A stretch of 62,543 nt of DNA from an uncultured Clostridia bacterium (GCA_949283145.1 CASDRL010000022.1:1-62543); one strand, 5' to 3'; numbered from the stretch's first letter, positions 1-9,825 are shown. Notes: a model not told the origin generated them from the sequence alone. Made by a program: numbers and translations.

Positions 1-399
1 AGCGCGGGAGCCTCGCCGAGAGTTTTTTGACGAGGTTAAAGCGAGCACGATTTGTGGGGGAAAGGAGCCGCAGGCTTTGATGCGGGCACCTTGCGCCCAT
101 GCAAGGTGTCGCGAACTTTGCCTTGCGGCGACGCAACGCAGGCAATAGTATACATATTGGCAAGTTTCGGCTGTGCAAAAGCGCCGAAAAGAATTGCTCC
201 GAGGCTGGTTCGTATTATTCCTGTCTGGCATGCAACATCTCGTGTTCGCCGGTTTTTTGGCGGATTGTTCGTTGCGGTTTTTTAATATCGCCTTTCAAAA
301 TGATTTTTTTCCGGCAACGGGATGCAAGGCATGTCCTGTTTTGGGTACGTGTGTTTGAGTAAATTTAAAGAAAAACTTGCAAAGGGACGAGTCGAGACC

Positions 400-3300
400 A
401 TGGAAACCATAAATGCGGAGCAGATCAAGGATATATTGCAGGCATATATCGAAGCGGAGGGACACGACGCACGCATTTACCGCGAAAAGAAGATAGGTCA
501 GGCGGTGTGCGATCTGATGGCAGTCACCGACATTCTCACCGGATATGAGATAAAGAGCGACCTCGACAATTTCTCAAGGCTTTCGTCTCAGATAAACGCG
601 TACGATATGTTTTTCAACAAAAATTATATCGTTGCGGGTGCGGGACACGCAAAAGCCGCCGCCGAAAAGGTGCCCGATCATTGGGGAGTGATCTGCATAG
701 ACAGCAATTCGGTCAGCTGTGTGCGCGAGGCACGCGTGAACAGAAACGCGAGGGCAGAGCAACAACTGTCCATGCTTTGGGAAGTGGAACTCAAAAATCT
801 GCTTATAAGGAACAATATGCCCGCATACGCCCTTAAAGGAAGGCAATTCATAATAGACAGGCTTGTGCGGTCGGTGTCTCAGCCCGCACTGTTTCGCCAA
901 ATCGCCGCAGAGCTGAAAACGCGCAACTACGCCCTTTTTTACGGGGATGATGACGGCGGAGGCGAAAATATCTTCGGGAGGGAACTGATAGACAGGCTGT
1001 CCGACGCGATAGGCGACAATTTCACCCTCGACAAATGGATAGAGCTGTTCGGCAGGGCAAAGAGCGTAAGCGAGCGCAAGCACGGTGCGGCTTTAAAGAT
1101 CGAAAAAAGCAGAAAGCCGCATACCATATCCTACAAGGACATAGAAGTGTCGCTGGGCGCGCCGTGGATAAGTGTGGATATAGTAAACGATTTCGTCTAC
1201 CACATCCTGAACTTCGATGACTCCGAAATTTATAGAAAACTCAGCAGTTGGTTGAAGTCGGACCCGTATATCGTAAGCTACGAGGAGGTGACGGGGTGTT
1301 GGCATCTGCGCGAAAAGGATTTTTTCGCATCGGGCAATCCAAACGCCGTTTTAAAGTACGGGACAAAGAGGTATAACGCCCTGCATATCATAGAGGCGAC
1401 TTTAAATCTGCGCGAGATCAGGCTGAAAGACGGCGACGGGAAATATGACGAAAGTGCCACGATCGCCGTGCTCGAAAAGCAGAGGCTCATCTGCGACGAG
1501 TTCAAAGCTTGGGTGTGGAAGGATGAGGACAGGATATGGGAGATAGAGGAGGCGTACAACACCATGTTCGACGGGATCGTCGTCCCGCGCTACGACGGCA
1601 GGGGACTTGCCTTCCCCGATATGTGCAAAGAAATAAAATTGTTTGATCACCAAAAGGACGCGGTGCAAAAGATAATTTCGTCGCCTAACACGCTGCTTGC
1701 CTTCGATGTGGGTGCCGGCAAGACATATATCATGATAGCCGCCGCCATGGAGATGAGGAGGCAGGGGATCTCGCGCAAGAATATGTTTGTCGTGCCCAAC
1801 AATATCGTCGGACAGTGGGCGTTGATGTTCACGACGTTATATCCGTCCGCCAAAGTCCTTGTCATAGAACCTAGGACGTTCAAAAAAGAAATGCGGCACA
1901 AAGTGCTCGAACAGGCGCAGAGCGGCGATTACGACGGCATAATAGTCGCGTACAGCTGCTTTGAGATGATAAATCTTTCGGGGGAGTATATAGCCGCGAG
2001 CCTTGATGAAAAAGTGTCCGTTCTGCGCGGTGCCATCCGCGGGCTTAGGGCTGACGGCAGGTACAGGTGGGGCAGCGTTCCGCTCGAACGCGAAATAAAA
2101 TACATAAATTCGATCATGGGCGAACTCATGGAGGGGGTAAATTCCGCCCTGGGTGAAATTACTTTTGAAAAGCTGGGGATAAATACGCTGTTTGTAGACG
2201 AGGCGCACAATTATAAAAATATACCCATAAGGACCGGTCTTAAAAACCTGCGCGGCATAAACGTGACGGGTTCTAAAAAGTGCCTGGATATGCTCGAAAA
2301 GGTAAAATGCATTCAAAAAGAAAACGGCGGCAGGGGTGTGGTCTTTGCAACGGGCACACCGCTTTGCAATTCCATATCCGACGTGTACGCCATGCAGATG
2401 TATCTTCAGCCAGAAGCCCTTGAAAAGCGCAGGCTGGACAGGTTCGACAATTGGGTAAAGACGTTTGCCCGCCCCGAACAGGTTTGCGAGATAGACGTGA
2501 ACGCCTCCGGCTACCGCTTCGTGCGCAGATTTTCCGAATTTTTCAACTTGCCGGAGCTGAGCAAACTGTTTGCGCAGGTCAGCGTGTTTTTTGCGGCGGA
2601 CGGCGGCGAGCTGCCCGAATTTTCGCAATATAACGACGTTGTGATAGAGCGCAGCGCAGAGCTTAAAGAATATATAGACGACCTCTGCCTCCGCACCGAA
2701 AATATAAGGGCTAAAAAAGTTCCCTCCACGCGGGATAACATGCTCAAGATCACTACGGACGGCAGGAAGGCGGCACTCGACCTCACTTTGGTTGGCAAGC
2801 AACAAAAATATGACGATACGAGCAAAATATTCAATTGTGTGGCTAATGTTCTGCGCATTTACAAGGAGAATGCGGGCTGTACGCAACTTGTGTTCTGCGA
2901 CTATTCAACGCCTAACGGTGCCGATTTCAGTGTGTATCGGGAACTTAAAAATGAGCTCGTTGCGGCAGGGATACCCGAAAAGGAGATAGCGTTTATCCAT
3001 TCGTATACAAGCGAAATATCCAGGCTGAAATTGTATGAGGATTTCAACATCGGAAAGGTGCGCATCATAATAGGCTCAACATTCAAACTCGGTCTGGGCG
3101 CAAACGTGCAAAGAAAGCTCAAAGCCGTTCACCACGTCGATGTTCCGTGGCGTCCTGCCGATATGATCCAGCGCGAGGGCAGGATACTTCGCCGCGGCAA
3201 CGAGAATAAAGAGGTGTTCATATACCGTTACATAATCAATGGCAGTTTCGACGCATATTCGTGGCAGATCCTCGAAACGAAACAGCGTTTCATTTCGCAG

Positions 3301-3990
3301 TTTTTAAGTGGCAGCAGTTACAGCCGCACGGCATCCGACCTTGAAAACAGTGTGCTCACTTATTCCGAAGTCAAGGCACTCGCAGTGTCCGACGCGAGGA
3401 TGAAGCTGCTTGTCGAAAAAGAAAGCGAGGTGCGCAATCTGCGCGTACTGTACATGCAGGAGCTTGAAGCAAGAGAGGAGGCTGCGCGCACCGTTTCGGC
3501 TCTCGAAGAGCGCGTTCCAGCATTGGAAGCCGAATATGATGCTACACTTAAAAACGCCGCATATGTTCTGTCGCTCACAAAAGAGTGCCTTGCCCGTGAA
3601 ATAAGATCGGCGTGCGAAAATATAGCTCGGTGCGACCTGCTCACGCCGCATGACGGTGCGCTTGGCGAAATATGCGGCTTTGCGGTCGACTTGCCCGACA
3701 AGCAGTCGAAAAAGAAGCCTTATCTGCTACTGTCCCGAAACGGAGCGAGTTATATGATGGAGGTGGGCAGGACGGTACAGGGCAATATGCGCAGATTTTC
3801 AAACTTTTTCGCTGCTTTCGGCAAGCAGGCGGATGCAAAGAGGCAGACGCTCGACGAAGAGAAGGCGCGCCTTACCGCTTTAAAACAGCAACTCGCTTCG
3901 CCGCTTGTCTATGACAAAAAACTTGCTGCGGCAAAGACGGAATATGACAGTCTGATCGAAGATATGCGCGAGAATATTTACGCACAGTAG
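400..3990 (+). CDS. sce7726-like PD-(D/E)XK nuclease domain fused to a DarB/COG4646-type SF2 (SNF2-related) helicase
   Basis: N-terminal CDL..GYEIKSDLDNFSRLSSQINAY..HWGV resembles the sce7726 family. Helicase motifs AFDVGAGKT (I), DEAH (II), ATGTP (III), PWRPADMIQREGRILRRGN (VI). ATG 400 preferred over 322. Confidence 0.75.
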   Translation: METINAEQIKDILQAYIEAEGHDARIYREKKIGQAVCDLMAVTDILTGYEIKSDLDNFSRLSSQINAYDMFFNKNYIVAGAGHAKAAAEKVPDHWGVICIDSNSVSCVREARVNRNARAEQQLSMLWEVELKNLLIRNNMPAYALKGRQFIIDRLVRSVSQPALFRQIAAELKTRNYALFYGDDDGGGENIFGRELIDRLSDAIGDNFTLDKWIELFGRAKSVSERKHGAALKIEKSRKPHTISYKDIEVSLGAPWISVDIVNDFVYHILNFDDSEIYRKLSSWLKSDPYIVSYEEVTGCWHLREKDFFASGNPNAVLKYGTKRYNALHIIEATLNLREIRLKDGDGKYDESATIAVLEKQRLICDEFKAWVWKDEDRIWEIEEAYNTMFDGIVVPRYDGRGLAFPDMCKEIKLFDHQKDAVQKIISSPNTLLAFDVGAGKTYIMIAAAMEMRRQGISRKNMFVVPNNIVGQWALMFTTLYPSAKVLVIEPRTFKKEMRHKVLEQAQSGDYDGIIVAYSCFEMINLSGEYIAASLDEKVSVLRGAIRGLRADGRYRWGSVPLEREIKYINSIMGELMEGVNSALGEITFEKLGINTLFVDEAHNYKNIPIRTGLKNLRGINVTGSKKCLDMLEKVKCIQKENGGRGVVFATGTPLCNSISDVYAMQMYLQPEALEKRRLDRFDNWVKTFARPEQVCEIDVNASGYRFVRRFSEFFNLPELSKLFAQVSVFFAADGGELPEFSQYNDVVIERSAELKEYIDDLCLRTENIRAKKVPSTRDNMLKITTDGRKAALDLTLVGKQQKYDDTSKIFNCVANVLRIYKENAGCTQLVFCDYSTPNGADFSVYRELKNELVAAGIPEKEIAFIHSYTSEISRLKLYEDFNIGKVRIIIGSTFKLGLGANVQRKLKAVHHVDVPWRPADMIQREGRILRRGNENKEVFIYRYIINGSFDAYSWQILETKQRFISQFLSGSSYSRTASDLENSVLTYSEVKALAVSDARMKLLVEKESEVRNLRVLYMQELEAREEAARTVSALEERVPALEAEYDATLKNAAYVLSLTKECLAREIRSACENIARCDLLTPHDGALGEICGFAVDLPDKQSKKKPYLLLSRNGASYMMEVGRTVQGNMRRFSNFFAAFGKQADAKRQTLDEEKARLTALKQQLASPLVYDKKLAAAKTEYDSLIEDMRENIYAQ

Positions 3991-4142
3991 ATCCGATGCA
4001 CCTAAAAACACACAAGCCGTTTGGTGTGATGACTGTATACGCCACGCAATGATGCCGCCGCCGGCAAATTTCTTGACAAAACAGTCTCGACATCTGCCGA
4101 AACAAAGCACCGCACCGCCGTATAATGCCCCCTTCCCGGAAC

Positions 4143-4172
4143 GGAAAGCCGCACTGTTTAGTGCGGTTTTCC
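4143..4172. terminator. Hairpin GGAAAGCCGCACT-gttt-AGTGCGGTTTTCC; a near copy lies at about 4763-4785
   Basis: Inverted repeat read directly; lies downstream of the helicase gene. Confidence 0.45.
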
Positions 4173-4614
4173 TGGCGGAGAAAGTGGAGCCTGAATCGAA
4201 CTTAAATGAGGAGTGAAATCGATTTAATGGCGGAAAATGATGGGACGGAGAAGACATTATAAGCGGCGGAGAGAAAAAAATTCGTCGTAAAAAGTGTTGG
4301 ATGTTGACATAAATTCGTTGTAATTTTTGTGTTCTTGTGGTCGGAGGTGGATGTTCGCCATAAGTGTAGGGCATTGAAAGGGTAATGTTTTGGTGAGCGT
4401 TGCATCACATCGCGGACGGCAGGAAAGGGCGAAGGCGTCTTGCGGTGCAAGCCGCCGAACCTGCGCGAATTGAGGAATTGCCCGAAAAGGTAAAATAATA
4501 TCGCAAACGATATATCACGCAATTAGTAGACATTTGCGCGCAATGTTCGCATGCCTTGACCTCCTCCCACCAAGCAAAAACCCAGCCAAACGGCTGGGCT
4601 ATTGCTTGGTGGGA

Positions 4615-4753
4615 GGAGGTGGATTCGAAAGGAGATAGGCGGGTGCTAACGCACCGCCTTCGACGGAATAGCCGTTTTGCCGTTATCTGATCTGCGTGCG
4701 GAGTTCACGCAGAACGGCAAACGGCGTCAGCGTCGGGTAAGAATCCACCTGCC
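4615..4753. mobile_element. Candidate MITE/REP-like unit with tRNA-derived inverted ends
   Basis: Ends GGAGGTGGATTC and GAATCCACCTGCC are near inverted repeats. Internal nested hairpin GCCGTTTTGCCGTT..TCTGCGTG..CACGCAGAACGGCAAACGGC. No ORF. Confidence 0.45.
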
Positions 4754-5015
4754 CAAAACAGAAAACCGCACTATTTAGTGCGGTTAGGAGGTGGATGTTC
4801 GCCATAAGTGCAGGGCATTGAAAAAGGGGAGGGCTTTGGCGGGCGTTGCGTCTCATTGCAGGTGGCAGGAAAGGGCGAAAGCGTCTTGCGGTGTAAGCCG
4901 CCGAACCTGCGCGCATTGTGGAATTGCCCGCAAAAATTAAACAATATGGCAAACGACGCATCACGCGATCGGCATAAATTTGCGCGCATGGTTCGTCCAC
5001 CGTCCCTTCCACAAA

Positions 5016-5052
5016 CAAAAACCTCAACCGAATGGTTCGATTGAGGTTTTTG
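5016..5052 (-). terminator. Rho-independent terminator-like hairpin after tRNA-Tyr
   Basis: CAAAAACCTCAA..TTGAGGTTTTTG inverted repeat immediately 3' of the last tRNA. Confidence 0.7.
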
Positions 5053-5053
5053 T

Positions 5054-5138
<85 letters not shown>

Positions 5139-5139
5139 A

Positions 5140-5215
5140 TGGAGCTGGTGAACGGAATCGAACCATCAACCTGCTGATTACAAATCAGCTGCTCTGCCTA
5201 TTGAGCTACACCAGC
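5140..5215 (-). tRNA. tRNA-Thr(TGT)
   Basis: GCTGGTGTAGCTCAATAGGCAGAGCAGCTGATTTGTAATCAGC..TTCGATTCC..CCA. Confidence 0.97.
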
Positions 5216-5272
5216 GTATTGAGGGTGCTCCGGCTTGAGCGGTGGGGCGCGGTTGCGGGCACCGGCTTTTTG

Positions 5273-5348
5273 TGGTGCCTCGGGGCGGACTTGAACCACC
5301 GACACAGGGATTTTCAGTCCCTTGCTCTACCAACTGAGCTACCGAGGC
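5273..5348 (-). tRNA. tRNA-Phe(GAA)
   Basis: GCCTCGGTAGCTCAGTTGGTAGAGCAAGGGACTGAAAATCCCT..GAGGCACCA. Confidence 0.97.
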
Positions 5349-5396
5349 ATACGGTCTAGGGAAGTGGCAGTGACGGTGTCACTGCCACTCGACCTT

Positions 5397-5473
5397 TGGC
5401 GATCCGGAAGGGACTCGAACCCTCGACCTCCAGCGTGACAGGCTGGCGTACTAACCAACTGTACTACCGGACC
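5397..5473 (-). tRNA. tRNA-Asp(GTC)
   Basis: GGTCCGGTAGTACAGTTGGTTAGTACGCCAGCCTGTCACGCTGG..GATCGCCA. Confidence 0.97.
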
Positions 5474-5480
5474 GTATATT

Positions 5481-5557
5481 TGGTGGGCCTTCACGGACTC
5501 GAACCGCGGACCAATCGGTTATGAGCCGACCGCTCTAACCAACTGAGCTAAAGGCCC
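5481..5557 (-). tRNA. tRNA with CAT anticodon, most likely tRNA-Ile2 (lysidine type)
   Basis: GGGCCTTTAGCTCAGTTGGTTAGAGCGGTCGGCTCATAACCGA..; acceptor and anticodon arms resemble Bacillota tRNA-Ile2 more than Met or fMet. Confidence 0.9.
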
Positions 5558-5588
5558 TCATCCGGGGATATCCCATCGTCACGAGTTT

Positions 5589-5665
5589 TGGTCGGGGTGA
5601 GAAGATTCGAACTTCCGACCCCATGGTCCCAAACCATGTGCGCTACCAAACTGCGCCACACCCCG
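5589..5665 (-). tRNA. tRNA-Pro(TGG)
   Basis: CGGGGTGTGGCGCAGTTTGGTAGCGCACATGGTTTGGGACCATG..CCCCGACCA. Confidence 0.97.
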
Positions 5666-5693
5666 TGAGCCGGGATCAATTCGTGACTATGAC

Positions 5694-5722
5694 AATATAC
5701 AATACGGGCGGAAGAATGTCAA
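5694..5722 (-). promoter_or_regulatory. sigmaA promoter of the tRNA operon
   Basis: TTGACA-17 nt-TATATT on the minus strand, about 30 nt upstream of tRNA-Pro. Confidence 0.75.
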
Positions 5723-5853
5723 CTTTTTTGAGAGGGATTTTGAGAGAATTTATTGACAAAATCAACGACGAACGGAAGCGCGGCGTCAAAACCTGTCAAA
5801 TCACTCGGGCGGAGATGATGTAGCATTGTCGGTGTACGGTCACGGAGGAATGT

Positions 5854-6162
5854 ATGAGCATTGAATGCAGACACGAACGCGGGCGTCTGACCGTCATTTT
5901 CAGCGGAGACATCGACGAATTTGCCTGTCGTACGCTGCGCGGAGAGCTGGACGGCGAGATAGGGCGCCAAGCGCGGGAAGAGGTGGTCTTCGACCTCGGG
6001 AACGTGTCCTTTGTGGACAGCACGGGGCTCGGGCTCATCCTCGGACGATACAAAAAGATAAGCGCGTCGGGCGGAGTGCTCCGTCTGAAAAACGTTCCGC
6101 CTCAGGTGGACAAGGTGCTGCGCATGAGCGGCGTATATTCCGTTGTGGAGAAGGTGAAATGA
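5854..6162 (+). CDS. spoIIAA: Anti-anti-sigma F (STAS domain)
   Basis: FVDSTGLGLILGRYK phosphoacceptor motif; GGAGG RBS; first gene of the spoIIA operon. Confidence 0.95.
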   Translation: MSIECRHERGRLTVIFSGDIDEFACRTLRGELDGEIGRQAREEVVFDLGNVSFVDSTGLGLILGRYKKISASGGVLRLKNVPPQVDKVLRMSGVYSVVEKVK

Positions 6163-6605
6163 TGACGGGCAACCATATGAAAATGCAGATCCCGGCATAC
6201 GGGAAAAACGAAAGTTTCGCGCGCAATGCGGTCGCGGGGTTCGCGGTGGAATGCGAGCCGACCGTGAGCGAACTCAGCGACATCAAAACGGCGGTGAGCG
6301 AGGCGGTGACGAACGCCGTCGTGCACGCCTACGACGAGGAGCGTGAGGAAAATCTCATCGAGATCTGCGCCGACATCGACGACGGCGGGATCCTTACGGT
6401 CAGCGTCAGGGACTTTGGACGAGGGATCGAGGACGTGCCGCGCGCGCTCGAACCCTTTTTCACCACCAAACCCGGCGAGGAGCGCAGCGGCATGGGGTTC
6501 ACCGTCATCGAGACGTTCATGGACGATATGAAGGTGGAGTCCGAGCCCGGGCGCGGCACTACCGTCGTTATGCGCAAAAGGATGGGCGGGAATGCTCGGT
6601 CATGA
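6159..6605 (+). CDS. spoIIAB: Anti-sigma F serine kinase
   Basis: NESFAR, SEAVTNAVVHAY, DFGRGI, ERSGMGFT. ATGA overlap with spoIIAA gives the start at 6159. Confidence 0.95.
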   Translation: MMTGNHMKMQIPAYGKNESFARNAVAGFAVECEPTVSELSDIKTAVSEAVTNAVVHAYDEEREENLIEICADIDDGGILTVSVRDFGRGIEDVPRALEPFFTTKPGEERSGMGFTVIETFMDDMKVESEPGRGTTVVMRKRMGGNARS

Positions 6606-7302
6606 AGAGACGCTGGAGCTGATCAAGCGCGCTCAGGACGGCGAAGAAGAGGCAAAGCAAACGCTGGTGGAGGAAAATCTGCCGCTCATCCGTTCCGTAG
6701 TCAAGCGCTTTAAGGGCAGGCTGGAATACGACGATCTGATGCAGCTCGGCGCAATGGGCTTTCTGAAAGCCGTTGCGGGCTTCGATCCCTCCTTCGGCGT
6801 GCGGTTTTCCACTTATGCCGTGCCCATGATCATGGGCGAGATAAAGCGATTTTTGCGGGATGACGGCGCGGTCAAAGTTTCCAGATGGGCGAAAGTGCTT
6901 GCGGGCAGGATCGCGGCATACACGGACGAAAGGCTGAAAAACAACCTTCCCGAGCCGACCGTCGAGGAGCTTGCCGAAAAATTCGGCTGTGATACGGGCG
7001 ACGTCGTGTTCGCATTGGACACGGGGCGGTTCGTCGTGTCGCTGAACGAGACGGGCGAGGAGGACGGCACGCCGCTCGGAGACAGGTTGGTTGGCGCCGA
7101 AGCGCCTGACGAAGATATTGACGGATTGATGTTGAGAGAGAACATCCGCGCTCTTCCCGAAAGGGAACGCAAGCTCATCATCCTGCGCTATTTCCGCGAC
7201 AAGACGCAGAGCGAAGTCGCGGCGGAACTCGGAGTGTCCCAAGTGCAGGTCAGCAGGCTGGAAAGCAAGATCCTTGCCAAAATACGCGAAAATATGGAGT
7301 GA
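6592..7302 (+). CDS. sigF: Sporulation sigma factor F
   Basis: FSTYAVPMIMGEIKRFLRDDG and TQSEVAAELGVSQVQVSRLE; position after spoIIAB. Confidence 0.93.
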   Translation: MLGHEETLELIKRAQDGEEEAKQTLVEENLPLIRSVVKRFKGRLEYDDLMQLGAMGFLKAVAGFDPSFGVRFSTYAVPMIMGEIKRFLRDDGAVKVSRWAKVLAGRIAAYTDERLKNNLPEPTVEELAEKFGCDTGDVVFALDTGRFVVSLNETGEEDGTPLGDRLVGAEAPDEDIDGLMLRENIRALPERERKLIILRYFRDKTQSEVAAELGVSQVQVSRLESKILAKIRENME

Positions 7303-7573
7303 CGCCGCCGCGCGGCGTCGTTTGACGCGGCGTTTTGCGGAACTCTTTTGATTTTTGTTAATTTTCATCGCAACGCCCCGCATATGTGCGGCGGTCTTGT
7401 TTGAAAGTGCGGTCGTCTCTGAGCGTGCGGGAGCAGGGGGAATATTATCGGCGATTATGTCCACACTTAGTTTGTGGACGTTTTTTTTACGGAAAACAGT
7501 GAGACGAGCGAGATCTTTTACGCCGCCGAAGCGCAGGAAGATCCCGCGCGCCCTGTAAAATGAGGGAAAAAGA

Positions 7574-8011
7574 ATGACGGATAAGGCGGAATACCGCGAG
7601 TATGTAAAAAAGAACGCGCCCGGCTCTCCCATGTGGCGCTCGCTCTTTGCCGCATTCGTTGTGGGCGGGCTCATATGCTGCGTGGGGGAAGGCGTGCATG
7701 ACGCGATAGAAACGCTTTTCCCCGGGCTTTCCGAGGACGCCGTCGGCAGCTGGACGACCGTAGTCATGATCTTTTTCGGCGCGTTTTTCACTGCTGTCGG
7801 ACTGTATGACCGGCTGGGACGCGTCGCGGGCGGCGGTTCCATCATCCCGATCACCGGATTTGCCAATTCCGTGGTATCGCCCGCGCTCGAATACAACCGC
7901 GAAGGCGTTTTTTTCGGAGTGTGCGCGAAAATGTTTGTCATTGCGGGTCCCATCATCGTTTTCGGAGTGGTGTCGGGCATCGTCGTAGGCGTGATAAGCC
8001 TGTTGGTGTGA
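7574..8011 (+). CDS. spoVAC: Stage V sporulation protein AC
   Basis: AFVVGGLIC, PITGFANSVVSPALEY, KMFVIAGPIIVFG. Confidence 0.92.
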   Translation: MTDKAEYREYVKKNAPGSPMWRSLFAAFVVGGLICCVGEGVHDAIETLFPGLSEDAVGSWTTVVMIFFGAFFTAVGLYDRLGRVAGGGSIIPITGFANSVVSPALEYNREGVFFGVCAKMFVIAGPIIVFGVVSGIVVGVISLLV

Positions 8012-8018
8012 GGTCGGG

Positions 8019-9278
8019 ATGAAGGCAGGCAGACAGAGTTTCAAGGCGGAAAAGCCGGTGTATGTGCGCTCGTCTTATACGATCGTCGGACCGAAAGAGG
8101 GGGACGGTGCGTTCGGTCGGATGTTCGATACGGTGCTCGGGGACGACCTTTGGGGAGAAAAGTCCTACGAAAAGGCGGAAAGCAAGATGCACCGCGAAGC
8201 AGTGCGGGGCGCCGTTTGTCTTGCGGGCGTCGGTCTTGAAGGGATAGATCTGATGCTTGCGGGCGACCTGCTGAATGAGATAAGCGCGTCAAGCCTTGCC
8301 ATGCGCTACTTCAAAGTGCCGTTTGCGGGGCTGTATAACGCTTGCTCGACGTTCAGCGAGGCGATTTTGCTCGGCAGCGCGCTCATCGAGGGCGGCGCAG
8401 TGCATACCGTTACATGTTCGACATCCAGTCACTTCGCTTCCGCAGAGAGACAATACCGCTATCCGTTGGAGCTCGGGAACCAACGCACGCCCACTTCGCA
8501 ATGGACGGTGACGGGGGCGGGCTGTACGGTGCTCGGTGACAGGCGTCCGACGGCGGAAGAAGACGAGAAGATGCGAGAGACTTTCGGTGAGCGGATGCGT
8601 GAAATGCGGGAAAGGTTCCTGCGAGACGCCGAAGGCGAGGACGGCGAATGCCGGAGACACGGCGGAAAAGGCGGCGACGGCGACGAAAATCCCTTCTCAA
8701 AAGACGGGATATTGGGAAAATTGAAGAAGAAACTGATCCTGCGCTGCCGTCCCGAGACGCTTGCGGAACCGATGGTGGACGCCTCTTATCGCCGCACGTA
8801 TATCGTAAAGATCACAGGAGGAACGTTCGGGAAAGTGGTGGACTTCGGCATCGACGACGAGAGCAACATGGGCGGCGCGATGGCGCCCGCTGCGGCAGAC
8901 ACGCTGCTTGCTCATTTTGAGGATACCGGCACATCGCCCTCCGACTACGACGCCATATTCACGGGAGACCTGGGCAGATTCGGAAAGGAAGCGTTTGAAT
9001 ATCTGTTGTCTAGGGAAGGAGTAGTGCTCGGAGAAAAACACCGAGACTGCGGTGCGGAATTCTATCTGCCGCGCCAAAAGACCTTTCAGGGCGGATCGGG
9101 AGCGGGGTGCGTGAATGTCGTGTTCAATGCCTACATCGCAAAAGCCCTCGAACGGGGAGAGTTTGGAAGGGTGCTCGTGCTGGCAACGGGGGCACTTCTC
9201 AACAAAGACACGCCGCTGCAAAAGGAGAACATCCCCGGTGTAAGCCACGCTTTCGTTGCCGAAAGTGAGCCTATGTGA
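8019..9278 (+). CDS. spoVAD: Stage V sporulation protein AD (dipicolinate binding) with an ~80-aa insertion
   Basis: GPKEGDG, GDLLN, SSHFASAERQYRYPLE, QWTVTGAG, NMGGAMAPAA, GGSGAGC. Confidence 0.92.
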   Translation: MKAGRQSFKAEKPVYVRSSYTIVGPKEGDGAFGRMFDTVLGDDLWGEKSYEKAESKMHREAVRGAVCLAGVGLEGIDLMLAGDLLNEISASSLAMRYFKVPFAGLYNACSTFSEAILLGSALIEGGAVHTVTCSTSSHFASAERQYRYPLELGNQRTPTSQWTVTGAGCTVLGDRRPTAEEDEKMRETFGERMREMRERFLRDAEGEDGECRRHGGKGGDGDENPFSKDGILGKLKKKLILRCRPETLAEPMVDASYRRTYIVKITGGTFGKVVDFGIDDESNMGGAMAPAAADTLLAHFEDTGTSPSDYDAIFTGDLGRFGKEAFEYLLSREGVVLGEKHRDCGAEFYLPRQKTFQGGSGAGCVNVVFNAYIAKALERGEFGRVLVLATGALLNKDTPLQKENIPGVSHAFVAESEPM

Positions 9279-9407
9279 AAGGGTAGTGCTCTCGAAAACG
9301 CCGAAAAGTATTATACTAAACGGCAAAAATGAGAATAGTTTCGGCGCGCAGAGGCTTGCGCCGCAGCGATTGCGGTGTGTCCGTAAAAGCGCGCAGGAAG
9401 TGAGCAA

Positions 9408-9779
9408 ATGGAAGTTTTTTTGACTTATCTGAAAGTGTTTGCGGTGGGCGGAGCGCTGTGCGCATTCGGTCAGCTGCTCATAAACAAGACCAAAATGTCT
9501 TCCGCACGCATATTGGTGCTTTTTATGCTGCTTGGTCTTGTGCTGGAAGCCGCGGGAGTGTTCGCCTATATAAAAGAGTTCGCCGCGGCGGGCGTCACGG
9601 TGCCCATCACGGGGTTCGGGAGCAGTCTTGCAAAGGGCGCCATCGAGGGCGCGAAGGAGGACGGAGTGCTCGGCGCCGTCGCGGGAGGGCTGAAAGCCGC
9701 CGCCCCCGGCATCTCCGCAGTCATCCTATTCGGATTTTTGTTTTCGCTGATATTCAAATCCCGCAGCAAAAAGACCTGA
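9408..9779 (+). CDS. spoVAE: Stage V sporulation protein AE (AEb)
   Basis: FAVGGALCAFGQLLI, ARILV, VPITGFG; synteny with spoVAC/D. Confidence 0.9.
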   Translation: MEVFLTYLKVFAVGGALCAFGQLLINKTKMSSARILVLFMLLGLVLEAAGVFAYIKEFAAAGVTVPITGFGSSLAKGAIEGAKEDGVLGAVAGGLKAAAPGISAVILFGFLFSLIFKSRSKKT

Positions 9780-9825
9780 CCGCGCACCGAAGCATTTTTT
9801 TGCTCTTTTCGGTCGCGGTCCGTAT

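Noticed and set aside
8541-8804. Intein in SpoVAD
   Set aside because: No N-terminal Cys/Ser or C-terminal His-Asn splice motifs, and too short.
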